DNA of 64,000 bases from Chitinophagales bacterium (GTDB lineage: Bacteria; Bacteroidota; Bacteroidia; Chitinophagales; JADIYW01), in assembly GCA_965216955.1 (NCBI GenBank), contig CBDCGV010000017.1:12764-76763 (forward strand), given 5' to 3'. The translations under genes were made by a program, and so were the position numbers. This document shows, piece after piece, positions 36,303 through 44,842 of the stretch. The notes under the pieces are model-generated. The model saw only the letters and a list, made by a program, of their open reading frames with translations. It was not told the DNA's origin and did not search any database. Each line of letters starts with the position of its first letter. Positions within the stretch are counted from its first letter, which is position 1.

Positions 36303-37244
36303 CTATTTAGTATTCAAAAAAGCGCCTATTTTATTTAACAAAACTTGTGCTAATAATTCTTTAGATTCATTCGTCCAACCTGCAATATGCGGAGTGGCAA
36401 TTACATTTTTATGACCTATCAACTGCTCATAAACAACATATTCATTCATTTTCCCATTATCTAAAGGTTCATCTTCAAAAACATCAATACATAAGCCAGA
36501 GATTGCTTTCGAATTAAGTGCATTTAATACATCGTTTGTATTCATAATACCTCCCCTTGAAGTATTTACAACTATCGGTTTCTTTTTACAGTCATTTATA
36601 AAATGACTATTTAAGTAATGTCTGGTTTCAGTTGTTAACGGAACATGGAAACTTATAATATCAGCGCTTTTCTTAATTTCTTCCAATCCTACTTCTTTAA
36701 CCTCCTTATTTCCAAAACCAGATTTATATTTATCATAAGCTATTATTTCCATGTCAAATCCGGATATCTTTTTAGCCAAAGCTCTTCCTGTATATCCAAA
36801 ACCTATGATTCCCAATGTTTTACCTCTTAATTCAACGCCTCTATTCTCTTCTCTATGCCATTTGCCATTTCGTAATTGAATATGGGCTCTTCCAATGTTA
36901 TTAACTAGTGCTAATAGCATCCCAATTATATGTTCAGCAACCGCATTACAATTCCCTTCTGGGGAGCGAAAACATTCAATTTTTTGGGCCTTGCAATATG
37001 CTATATCTACATGTTCCATACCAGATCCCACTCTTCCGATAAACCTAAGATTTACAGCGGTGTCAATTAAACTCTTATCAACGCCAATCTTACTATTGAT
37101 TATCAAACCTTCGTATTGATCAATAATATCCATTACTTCGGACATACATATTTCAGGCATAAAATCTACTACAAATCCCCACTTTTGAAATTGGTCAATA
37201 ATCATAGCGTGGACATTATCTGTAATTAGAATTTTTCTAACCAT
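36303..37244 (-). CDS. D-isomer-specific 2-hydroxyacid dehydrogenase family protein (PGDH/PdxB-like)
   Basis: 313 aa with NAD site GIIGFGYTGRALA and catalytic region ATPHIAGWT. Overlaps rsmA by 8 nt. Confidence 0.8.
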   Translation of the reverse strand: MVRKILITDNVHAMIIDQFQKWGFVVDFMPEICMSEVMDIIDQYEGLIINSKIGVDKSLIDTAVNLRFIGRVGSGMEHVDIAYCKAQKIECFRSPEGNCNAVAEHIIGMLLALVNNIGRAHIQLRNGKWHREENRGVELRGKTLGIIGFGYTGRALAKKISGFDMEIIAYDKYKSGFGNKEVKEVGLEEIKKSADIISFHVPLTTETRHYLNSHFINDCKKKPIVVNTSRGGIMNTNDVLNALNSKAISGLCIDVFEDEPLDNGKMNEYVVYEQLIGHKNVIATPHIAGWTNESKELLAQVLLNKIGAFLNTK

Positions 37245-38010
37245 TTTTTTCTGCCCATTTTGTTAGCGTTATAAAATCAGCAACACCTAATTCTTCTGGC
37301 CTTTTTTGAAAAAAAATCGACTTAAGTTGCTCCGAATTATAGAACCTTTTCAAAGTATTACGTATCATTTTTCTCCTCTGGTTATAACTTACTTTTACCA
37401 ATCGCTTATACAGTTTAACATTGAAATCCATTTTAAACTTGTTGGTTCTTTTCATTACAATAACTGAAGAGAATACTTGCGGGGGTGGATCAAATGCTTG
37501 AGGAGAAATGTCAAAAAGCTTTTCAGAATCATAATAAAGTTGTGAAAGCATTGTTATAACACCTCTATCTTTCCCCTTCTTATCCGCACAGATCCTATTT
37601 GCAACTTCCCTTTGGAACATACCGATAACAACATCAATTTTTTCCTTGTTTTCTAAAACCTTAAACACTATCTGGCTTGAAATATTATATGGAAAATTAC
37701 CTACTAAACACGAATGACTTGTTAAAATATCTCTTAAATCTACTTGCAAAAAATCAGCATGAATGATCTTCGTCTCAATATTTGGATATGTCTCCTTTAG
37801 CGCTGCAATACAACGATTATCAACTTCTATACATTTGTATTGCTCTTTTTTATATAAGTGTTTGGTTATTGCACCTACACCAGGCCCTATCTCAAGAATT
37901 GGCTTGCATAAATCTGTATATTGATCTACAGCATTAATTATTTTATCAATAATCAACTCATCAATTAAAAAATGTTGCCCTAAATTCTTATTAGGAGTTA
38001 CTTTCTTCAT
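37237..38010 (-). CDS. rsmA: 16S rRNA (adenine1518/1519-N6)-dimethyltransferase
   Basis: 257 aa; KNLGQHFLID, EIGPGVGAIT and NFPYNISS motifs. Confidence 0.9.
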   Translation of the reverse strand: MKKVTPNKNLGQHFLIDELIIDKIINAVDQYTDLCKPILEIGPGVGAITKHLYKKEQYKCIEVDNRCIAALKETYPNIETKIIHADFLQVDLRDILTSHSCLVGNFPYNISSQIVFKVLENKEKIDVVIGMFQREVANRICADKKGKDRGVITMLSQLYYDSEKLFDISPQAFDPPPQVFSSVIVMKRTNKFKMDFNVKLYKRLVKVSYNQRRKMIRNTLKRFYNSEQLKSIFFQKRPEELGVADFITLTKWAEKNG

Positions 38011-38121
38011 CAGAATACCACCTTAATGTGTTACTTTTACCCACTTTCTAAATCAACAACTTATTAGTTAACGTAATGTTTCTCGATGCAAAGTTAACTT
38101 AAACAAATTGAACATATAAAA

Positions 38122-39162
38122 ATGTCGGAAAAACAAAAGCGATTGAAAATTGGGATAACGATTGGAGATATTAACGGAATAGGTCCAGAGTTGATAATAA
38201 AGTCTTTCGAAGACAATAGACTCTTTAAATTGGTTACACCTGTGGTATTTGCTAATCCAAAAATAATAAGCTTCTACAAGAAAGCTCTATCGATAGAGAA
38301 ACTTAACTATGTTACCGTTAAAGATTTAGACAACCTAAATAACAATGGGTTAAATATTATGAGCGCATGGAATGAAGAAGTTACAATAGAAATAGGAAAA
38401 CCTAATAAAACCTCTGGAGAATATGCACTTAAGTCCATTAAAGCTGCCGCAAATGCCTTAAAAGATGGAAAAATTGATGCACTTGTAACATGTCCTATTA
38501 ACAAAAAAGCAGTTAGTGAAAATAAAAATGATTTTATAGGTCATACCGAATATCTACAACAAGAATTTGGGAATCATCCATCATTAATGTTTATGGTTTC
38601 AGAAAAAATTAAAGTTGGTGTTGTCACTAACCATCTACCTGTTCAAAAAATCGCAGATGCAATTAATGTTGAAACGATACAATCCAAGTTACGACTAATG
38701 CATGCTTCTTTAAAAGAAGACTTTGGGATTGAGAAACCTAAAATTGCAGTTTTGGGATTAAACCCACATTGTGGAGATGCAGGGTTAATTGGCGATGAAG
38801 AAGAAAAGATAATTATACCAGCTATAAATCAAATAAAAAAAGAAAATATATTGGCGTTTGGTCCTTATGCTGCAGATGGTTTCTTTGGGAAAGGTGATCA
38901 TTTGAAATTTGATGCTATTTTAGCCATGTACCACGACCAAGGGCTTATCCCATTCAAGTATATTGCTGGCGAAAAAGGCGTTAATTTTACGGCAGGATTG
39001 CCCATAATAAGAACTTCTCCCGATCATGGACCAGCTGAAAACATTGTTGCTAAAAATAAGGCTGATAATACTTCTTTTTTAAATGCGATTTATATGGCTA
39101 TTGATATTCATTCTAATCGTTCTGAATATTTTGAAAGAAAATCAAATGCACTTAAAAAGTAG
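38122..39162 (+). CDS. pdxA: 4-hydroxythreonine-4-phosphate dehydrogenase
   Basis: 346 aa; GDINGIGPE, GHTEYL, LNPHCGD, YHDQGLIP and RTSPDHG motifs. Confidence 0.9.
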   Translation: MSEKQKRLKIGITIGDINGIGPELIIKSFEDNRLFKLVTPVVFANPKIISFYKKALSIEKLNYVTVKDLDNLNNNGLNIMSAWNEEVTIEIGKPNKTSGEYALKSIKAAANALKDGKIDALVTCPINKKAVSENKNDFIGHTEYLQQEFGNHPSLMFMVSEKIKVGVVTNHLPVQKIADAINVETIQSKLRLMHASLKEDFGIEKPKIAVLGLNPHCGDAGLIGDEEEKIIIPAINQIKKENILAFGPYAADGFFGKGDHLKFDAILAMYHDQGLIPFKYIAGEKGVNFTAGLPIIRTSPDHGPAENIVAKNKADNTSFLNAIYMAIDIHSNRSEYFERKSNALKK

Positions 39163-39344
39163 ATGTTGACTTTAAATAAATTTTATCCTAGACGATTTCA
39201 CTATTATTAATTCAGCAATACACTAAAATCTATTTACGCTGTAGTTCGGGTTTTAGCTATAAGAAAAATCTACTTCTTCCCAATCACAAACATTTCTTAA
39301 TAGCAATTAATTGCCTATATGCTACATTTACGACTAAAAATGCG

Positions 39345-39352
39345 TATCTTTG
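39345..39352 (+). promoter_or_regulatory. candidate -7 box TATCTTTG for the yceD-rpmF operon
   Basis: Exact TAnnTTTG match ending 41 nt upstream of the ATG at 39394. Confidence 0.4.
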
Positions 39353-39367
39353 CACCCCCAATAGGGA

Positions 39368-39387
39368 AACAATAATTTGTTATTGTT
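39368..39387 (+). promoter_or_regulatory. 5' UTR hairpin immediately upstream of the yceD-like start codon
   Basis: AACAATAA-TTTG-TTATTGTT, a perfect 8-bp stem ending 6 nt before the ATG and downstream of the candidate -7 box. Confidence 0.3.
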
Positions 39388-39393
39388 CGTGTT

Positions 39394-39930
39394 ATGAAGG
39401 ATATAGATGAGCGTAATTTTAGAATTCCATTTAGAGGATTAAAAAATAAAGTTCATCAGTTTGAGTTTGAATTAGGGAAACAGTTCTTTGAGGATTTTGA
39501 ACATACTTTAGTTGAAGAGTGTACTATAAATGTACATCTTACATTTAACAAATCATCTGAACCTTATGTTATTGATTTTGATATAAATGGAACTTTTAAG
39601 TCTGCTTGCGATAAATGCCTTGCAAACATAGATGTTCCAATAACCGGGAGTTATAGAATTTATGTTGAATTCAATAATAGAGCAGAAAATAAAGAAGGTG
39701 AAGAAGTAATTTTCATAGACAATGAGCAAGATTTTATTAGTGTTAAAAATTTAATTTATGATTTTGTAAATCTATCATTGCCGATCATAAAAAGCTGTGA
39801 TGACCCATTTAAAACACAGTATTGTGACATGGAAGTATCAAAGTATATTCGAGAGTCTGATGAGATAGTTGAAAAAAAAGAAGAAGAGCATGATCCAAGA
39901 TGGGATCAATTAAAAAAATTAAAATATTAG
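39394..39930 (+). CDS. yceD: DUF177 (YceD-like) protein
   Basis: 178 aa. Conserved position directly upstream of rpmF, with Cys pairs (CDKC, ...CD...YCD) typical of DUF177. Confidence 0.75.
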   Translation: MKDIDERNFRIPFRGLKNKVHQFEFELGKQFFEDFEHTLVEECTINVHLTFNKSSEPYVIDFDINGTFKSACDKCLANIDVPITGSYRIYVEFNNRAENKEGEEVIFIDNEQDFISVKNLIYDFVNLSLPIIKSCDDPFKTQYCDMEVSKYIRESDEIVEKKEEEHDPRWDQLKKLKY

Positions 39931-39933
39931 GAC

Positions 39934-40122
39934 ATGGCACATCCGAAACGCAAGCAGTCTAAAACAAGAAGAGATAAAAGAAGAACTCATGTTAAAGCTA
40001 AAACACCTCATGTTTTAGTAGACAAAAATAATGGAGAAGCTTATTTAAGACATAGAGCTTACTTTGTTGATGGAGACTTATACTACAGAGGCAAGTTATT
40101 TAGCGAGGGGGAAAAACTGTAA
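39934..40122 (+). CDS. rpmF: 50S ribosomal protein L32
   Basis: 62 aa beginning [19 protein letters not shown]. Confidence 0.9.
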   Translation: MAHPKRKQSKTRRDKRRTHVKAKTPHVLVDKNNGEAYLRHRAYFVDGDLYYRGKLFSEGEKL

Positions 40123-40276
40123 TCATTCCTAATATGTAATTAGTTCATTCAATGAACAGATAGACATTCATTAAACCTATTTGTTTCCTCTAATTCATAC
40201 AAAGTATAATTTCCTTTTAAGAATATTAGAGGTAAATTTTTATCTTCATTTCATCTTTTAATTATTAACTTCATAT

Positions 40277-40840
40277 ATGGCCACTACTGCTGATATTAGA
40301 AACGGATTATGTATTGAACATAATAGTGATATTTTTTCAATTGTTGAATTTCAACACGTAAAGCCTGGAAAAGGACCTGCTTTTGTTAGAACAAAGATTA
40401 AAAGTCTTACTAATGGCAAAGTTTTAGATAATACTTTTCCTGCTGGTCATAAGATAAATGTTGTAAGAATTGAAAGAAGGAAATTTCAATATCTATATCC
40501 AGAAGGAGATCTTATGAACTTTATGGATAATGAAACTTTCGAGCAAATTGCACTAGAAAAATCATTTATTAGTAATGCTCTGCTTTTAAAAGAGGGGGAA
40601 ACTGTTGAAATCTTATATCATGCAGAAAAAGAAGTTCCATTGATTTGTGAGATGCCTCAAAATGTAGTACTTGAAGTTACCTATACAGAACCTGGGATTA
40701 AAGGAGATACAGCCACTAATACCTTAAAACCTGCCGAACTAGAAACGGGAGCCAAAGTTATGGTTCCACTTTTTGTTAACCAAGGAGATAAAATTAAAGT
40801 AGACACTGCTTCAAACTCGTATGTTGAGCGGGTTAAATAA
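40277..40840 (+). CDS. efp: elongation factor P
   Basis: 187 aa; FQHVKPGKGPAFVRTKIK is typical of EF-P. Confidence 0.92.
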   Translation: MATTADIRNGLCIEHNSDIFSIVEFQHVKPGKGPAFVRTKIKSLTNGKVLDNTFPAGHKINVVRIERRKFQYLYPEGDLMNFMDNETFEQIALEKSFISNALLLKEGETVEILYHAEKEVPLICEMPQNVVLEVTYTEPGIKGDTATNTLKPAELETGAKVMVPLFVNQGDKIKVDTASNSYVERVK

Positions 40841-40846
40841 TATTTT

Positions 40847-41371
40847 ATGGAGTACAAACAAATTAAAGAACTCATAAAGCTTGTCAATTCTGATGATTCA
40901 AACATTGGAGAGCTTGTAATCGAAGAAGGAGATTTTAAGTTCAAGATTACGCATAAAAACTATACAAAAAAACTAATCCAAAGTAATGGAGGAAGTATAG
41001 CCGTACCGCAACAATCTATAGCTATTCCAAACTCAACGGAAGGATTAACTATAAAAGAAACGGATACCGCTCTAGATAACTCCAATAAAGGAAAAGACGG
41101 CAAAAACGAACTCTCTGAAGAAAAAGAAAATGGAGTAGAAATAAAATCACCAATGATAGGTACTTTCTATAGATCACCTGCCCCTGATAAAGAGCCTTAT
41201 ATAAAAGTTGGAGATCATGTTAATGAAGGAGATATTCTATGTGTCATTGAAGCGATGAAACTTTTTAATGAGATTGAATCAGAAGTCAGTGGTAAAATCA
41301 TTAAAGTCTTGGTAGACAATTCCTCCCCTGTTGAATATGACCAACCACTTTTCTTAATTGATCCTAGTTAA
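40847..41371 (+). CDS. accB: acetyl-CoA carboxylase biotin carboxyl carrier protein
   Basis: 174 aa with biotinylation motif EAMKLFNEI in the C-terminal lipoyl-like domain. Confidence 0.9.
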   Translation: MEYKQIKELIKLVNSDDSNIGELVIEEGDFKFKITHKNYTKKLIQSNGGSIAVPQQSIAIPNSTEGLTIKETDTALDNSNKGKDGKNELSEEKENGVEIKSPMIGTFYRSPAPDKEPYIKVGDHVNEGDILCVIEAMKLFNEIESEVSGKIIKVLVDNSSPVEYDQPLFLIDPS

Positions 41372-41484
41372 ATAAATTTCTTATGAATTAGAGAATAGAA
41401 AGAAAATTAACGACCTAGTTCTAAGAATTATTTCTTTGATTTTAGTTTTTTTTCTTCTTCTTTTTCGCAAAATAGCACATTCAA

Positions 41485-42828
41485 ATGTTCAAAAAGATAT
41501 TAATTGCTAATCGAGGAGAAATTGCTTTAAGGGTAATAAGAACATGCAAAGAAATGGGTATCTCCACAGTTGCTGTTTATTCTACGGCTGATAAAGATAG
41601 TTTGCACGTACGCTTTGCAGATGAAGCTGTTTGTATAGGACCTCCACTTAGTAATGAATCTTATTTAAGTATCCCCAATTTAATGGCTGCTGTAGAAATA
41701 ACCAATGCAGATGCTATACATCCCGGATATGGTTTTCTAGCTGAAAATGCGTCTTTCTCTGAAATTTGTAATGAGTATAATATCAAATTTATCGGTCCTA
41801 ATGCGGAGATGATTAACAAAATGGGCGATAAAATTACAGCTAAAGAAACAATGGTTAAGGCAGGTGTACCGGTAATTCCAGGTTCAGAAGGACTAATAAA
41901 TAGTGTTAAAGAAGGGCTTGTTGTAGCAAAGGAAATAGGATATCCGATTATCCTAAAGGCCACTGCTGGTGGCGGAGGCAAAGGAATGCGAATTGTTTGG
42001 GAAGAATCCGAGTTTGAAAATGCATATGAGATGGCGCGCATAGAAGCAGGCTCTTCATTTGGCAATGATGGGATTTACCTTGAAAAATTTATTGAGGAAC
42101 CGAGGCATATTGAAATTCAAATTGCCGGTGATCAGCATGGCAATGTTATTCATCTTTCAGAAAGAGATTGCTCTATACAAAGAAGGCATCAAAAATTAGT
42201 AGAAGAATGCCCTTCGCCTTTTATTGACGACACTTTAAGACAAAAACTCGGAGAGGCCGCTATTAATGCCGCAAAATCTATTGATTATGAAAGTGTTGGA
42301 ACAGTAGAGTTTTTAGTAGACAAACACAAAAAATTCTACTTTATGGAAATGAATACACGTATACAAGTAGAACACCCCGTTACTGAAGAAGTAATGGATA
42401 TAGACCTCATTAAAATGCAAATAGAAATTGCTGCAGGTAAAGCAATTGAAAATAAAAATTACTATCCTACTGCACACGCAATTGAATGTAGAATCAATGC
42501 TGAAGATCCTTATAAGAATTTTATTCCCTGCCCTGGACAAATAACCTCTTTACATTTCAGTAAAGGACAAGGCATTCGTATTGATAGTCATGTTACCGCA
42601 GGATATGCTATAACACCTCACTATGATTCTTTAATTGCTAAAATTATTTGCCGAGCCCATACTAGAGAACAGGCTATTCAAAAAATGATTCGAGCACTAG
42701 ATGAGTTCTACATTGAAGGAATAAAAACTACGATTCCCTTTCACAAGGCACTTATGAAAAATGAAGACTTTATCAATGGAAATTTTGATACTAAGTTTCT
42801 CGAAAAAAACAACCTACTTAAAAGTTAA
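41485..42828 (+). CDS. accC: acetyl-CoA carboxylase biotin carboxylase subunit
   Basis: 447 aa; [20 protein letters not shown]-grasp GGGGKGMR, and [14 protein letters not shown]. Confidence 0.95.
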   Translation: MFKKILIANRGEIALRVIRTCKEMGISTVAVYSTADKDSLHVRFADEAVCIGPPLSNESYLSIPNLMAAVEITNADAIHPGYGFLAENASFSEICNEYNIKFIGPNAEMINKMGDKITAKETMVKAGVPVIPGSEGLINSVKEGLVVAKEIGYPIILKATAGGGGKGMRIVWEESEFENAYEMARIEAGSSFGNDGIYLEKFIEEPRHIEIQIAGDQHGNVIHLSERDCSIQRRHQKLVEECPSPFIDDTLRQKLGEAAINAAKSIDYESVGTVEFLVDKHKKFYFMEMNTRIQVEHPVTEEVMDIDLIKMQIEIAAGKAIENKNYYPTAHAIECRINAEDPYKNFIPCPGQITSLHFSKGQGIRIDSHVTAGYAITPHYDSLIAKIICRAHTREQAIQKMIRALDEFYIEGIKTTIPFHKALMKNEDFINGNFDTKFLEKNNLLKS

Positions 42829-43211
42829 GCTATTGTTTTACTCTCTATATTTTGAATTTGATAGAGTGCAGGGATCTGGAATCCTAAATAAGTTAAAATA
42901 AAGATTAAGACGTCCCATTTATATTCAAACCCAAAAACAAAAGCATAAATTACACAGGCAATAATTAAAAAGAAAAACTTAGCACATAATCCAACCAAAG
43001 CGCTCTCCACTATTTTTTTTCCCGTTTTATTTGATTGCCTTAGGATAACTGCTATAAAGATAAAATGAACTATAAAATTCAAACAACAAAAAAAAATAAC
43101 CGGTGTTTTCCACTTATAGGACTCTGTCAAACTTGGGAACGCCATCGCAATTGCTGCAAAGAGCACCAAGCTGTACACAAGATAACCTCCTAATATATTC
43201 TTTGATTTCAC
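42825..43211 (-). CDS. small four-TM membrane protein (possibly ATP synthase protein I-like)
   Basis: 128 aa, hydrophobic, translationally coupled (4-nt overlap) to the AtpZ-like gene. No diagnostic motif. Confidence 0.4.
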   Translation of the reverse strand: MKSKNILGGYLVYSLVLFAAIAMAFPSLTESYKWKTPVIFFCCLNFIVHFIFIAVILRQSNKTGKKIVESALVGLCAKFFFLIIACVIYAFVFGFEYKWDVLIFILTYLGFQIPALYQIQNIESKTIA

Positions 43212-43486
43212 TTCTTTTTATCGCCTAATGACCTGAAAAGTCTATAAAAAGAAACAAAAAGTCCAAAAAAAAGAAATAAAATTGTAAACAATGGGACTTC
43301 GAATTGTAGATTTCGATCTATTTTACTGCCAATCCAAACACAAATAAATAGTACAATGAACATTTCAAAAGCCAAACCTGAATACTTCAAGTATTCTAAA
43401 TAAGGCTTTTTGTTCTCGCTAGGCAGTTTGCTCAATTCTATTCCCGGAATTGGATTTTTCAGTACTCTTGTTACTAGAAGAATCAT
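43208..43486 (-). CDS. AtpZ/AtpI-family small membrane protein
   Basis: KPYLEYLKYSGLAFEMFIVLFICVWIGSKID plus a second TM helix resemble AtpZ. The 5' 68 nt overlap the bactofilin gene, so the real start is probably the TTG at about 43435. Confidence 0.5.
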   Translation of the reverse strand: MILLVTRVLKNPIPGIELSKLPSENKKPYLEYLKYSGLAFEMFIVLFICVWIGSKIDRNLQFEVPLFTILFLFFGLFVSFYRLFRSLGDKKK

Positions 43487-43868
43487 TGATATTGGCAGAC
43501 TTAGCAGATTTGGTTGTTAAAGAACCAATTACAACAGCCCCTTCCTCCACTAAAATACGCTTATAATGAATTTCTCCTTCTATTCTACAAGTTTCAGTAA
43601 GACGCAATAATCCGTTTGTCTGGATTTTTCCAGTCATCTTTCCAATAATGCACGCCTCCTTACATTCAATCTCTCCATGAAACTCTCCTGTTTCTCCAAT
43701 AATCACTTTTTCCTTACAAACTAGCTTTCCTTTAATTCTTCCATCCACCCTAAAATCAGTATCAGAAGATATTTCTCCTTGAATAAAACTACCTGAGTTA
43801 ATCCGGTTTGCTACATTACTTTCCACAGTGGTTCTATTTACTTTTTTGTTTTTTGTACTTCCCAACAT
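43419..43868 (-). CDS. bactofilin (polymer-forming cytoskeletal protein)
   Basis: 149 aa with a repetitive beta-helix pattern (FRVDGRIKGKL...IIGETGEFHGEI...IIGKMTGKI...RIEGEIHYKRILVEEGAVVIG). Confidence 0.75.
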   Translation of the reverse strand: MLGSTKNKKVNRTTVESNVANRINSGSFIQGEISSDTDFRVDGRIKGKLVCKEKVIIGETGEFHGEIECKEACIIGKMTGKIQTNGLLRLTETCRIEGEIHYKRILVEEGAVVIGSLTTKSAKSANINDSSSNKSTEKSNSGNRIEQTA

Positions 43869-43891
43869 CTCTTTGCAATTTACAACTTTAA

Positions 43892-44761
43892 TTAAAAATC
43901 AATATAATCTTTAGGGTCAACCGGAACACCATTATACCAAAGTTCAAAGTGTAAATGTGGTCCAGATGATTTTTCTCCTGTGTTGCCAAGTCTAGCAACT
44001 ACTTCCCCAGCTTTCACTAAATTACCAACTTTTCTTAATACTTCAGTATTATGTTTATATATACTTATTAGTCCATTTTCATGCGCAACTGCTAAAACAT
44101 ACCCTTCTTTAATAGTGTAAGAAGACAATATCACTCTTCCATCCAAAATTGTCTTTATTGGAGTATTTTTATTTGCGACAATATCTATCCCAAAATGTCC
44201 CTTATTATAATCAAATTCATCACTAACAATACCTTTAACAGGTCTAACGATCAGATTTTCAAGGGCTTCTAATCCTTTTTTATCGACGCCCTCATATATA
44301 GTGAATTGTTCTTTTTCTTCAATTATCTTTCTAAAAAGACTATCTTCTTCTGAAATACTATATATATCAATACTATCATAATTGAACTGTTGCTCAAGCA
44401 CAGTTATAGAGTGAGTATCTATATCATCCCTTATCAATTTTGATAAATTTTCAATGAAATTATCAGACCGTTCTATTTCTGCTTCCAATTTATCCGTCTT
44501 AATTTTAAGATCTAACATCTCTTTACGGTCTTTATAATTCCCATAACCAGGAATATATTGCTTCATTGGAGTATAAGCTATCAAACTATACACCAATGAG
44601 CTAAGCAATATAAAGATCATACTTAACAAAAAGAGGATGTTTAACCGACTTAATTTGAAAGAAGTCTTAACCTCATAAATATCATCTCGTATTATCATAA
44701 AACGATATTTATTCCTCCATTTTCTTACAAAACCTCTCTTCTTATTTTTATCACGAACCAT
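43892..44761 (-). CDS. M23 family metallopeptidase (LytM-type) with N-terminal TM anchor and coiled coil
   Basis: 289 aa; HFGIDIVA...GNTGEKSSGPHLHFELW is the M23 catalytic signature. Confidence 0.85.
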   Translation of the reverse strand: MVRDKNKKRGFVRKWRNKYRFMIIRDDIYEVKTSFKLSRLNILFLLSMIFILLSSLVYSLIAYTPMKQYIPGYGNYKDRKEMLDLKIKTDKLEAEIERSDNFIENLSKLIRDDIDTHSITVLEQQFNYDSIDIYSISEEDSLFRKIIEEKEQFTIYEGVDKKGLEALENLIVRPVKGIVSDEFDYNKGHFGIDIVANKNTPIKTILDGRVILSSYTIKEGYVLAVAHENGLISIYKHNTEVLRKVGNLVKAGEVVARLGNTGEKSSGPHLHFELWYNGVPVDPKDYIDF

Positions 44762-44842
44762 TATTAAATCTGCTTACTTCTCGAAAAGTAAAATAATTTT
44801 AAGAAATTGCGTTTTTATTATGGTAAATACGCATAAATCGTA

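Noticed and set aside
41661-42065. 134-aa ORF antisense to accC
   Set aside because: It is a shadow ORF of the highly conserved biotin carboxylase (the mirror of its Gly-rich ATP-grasp region).
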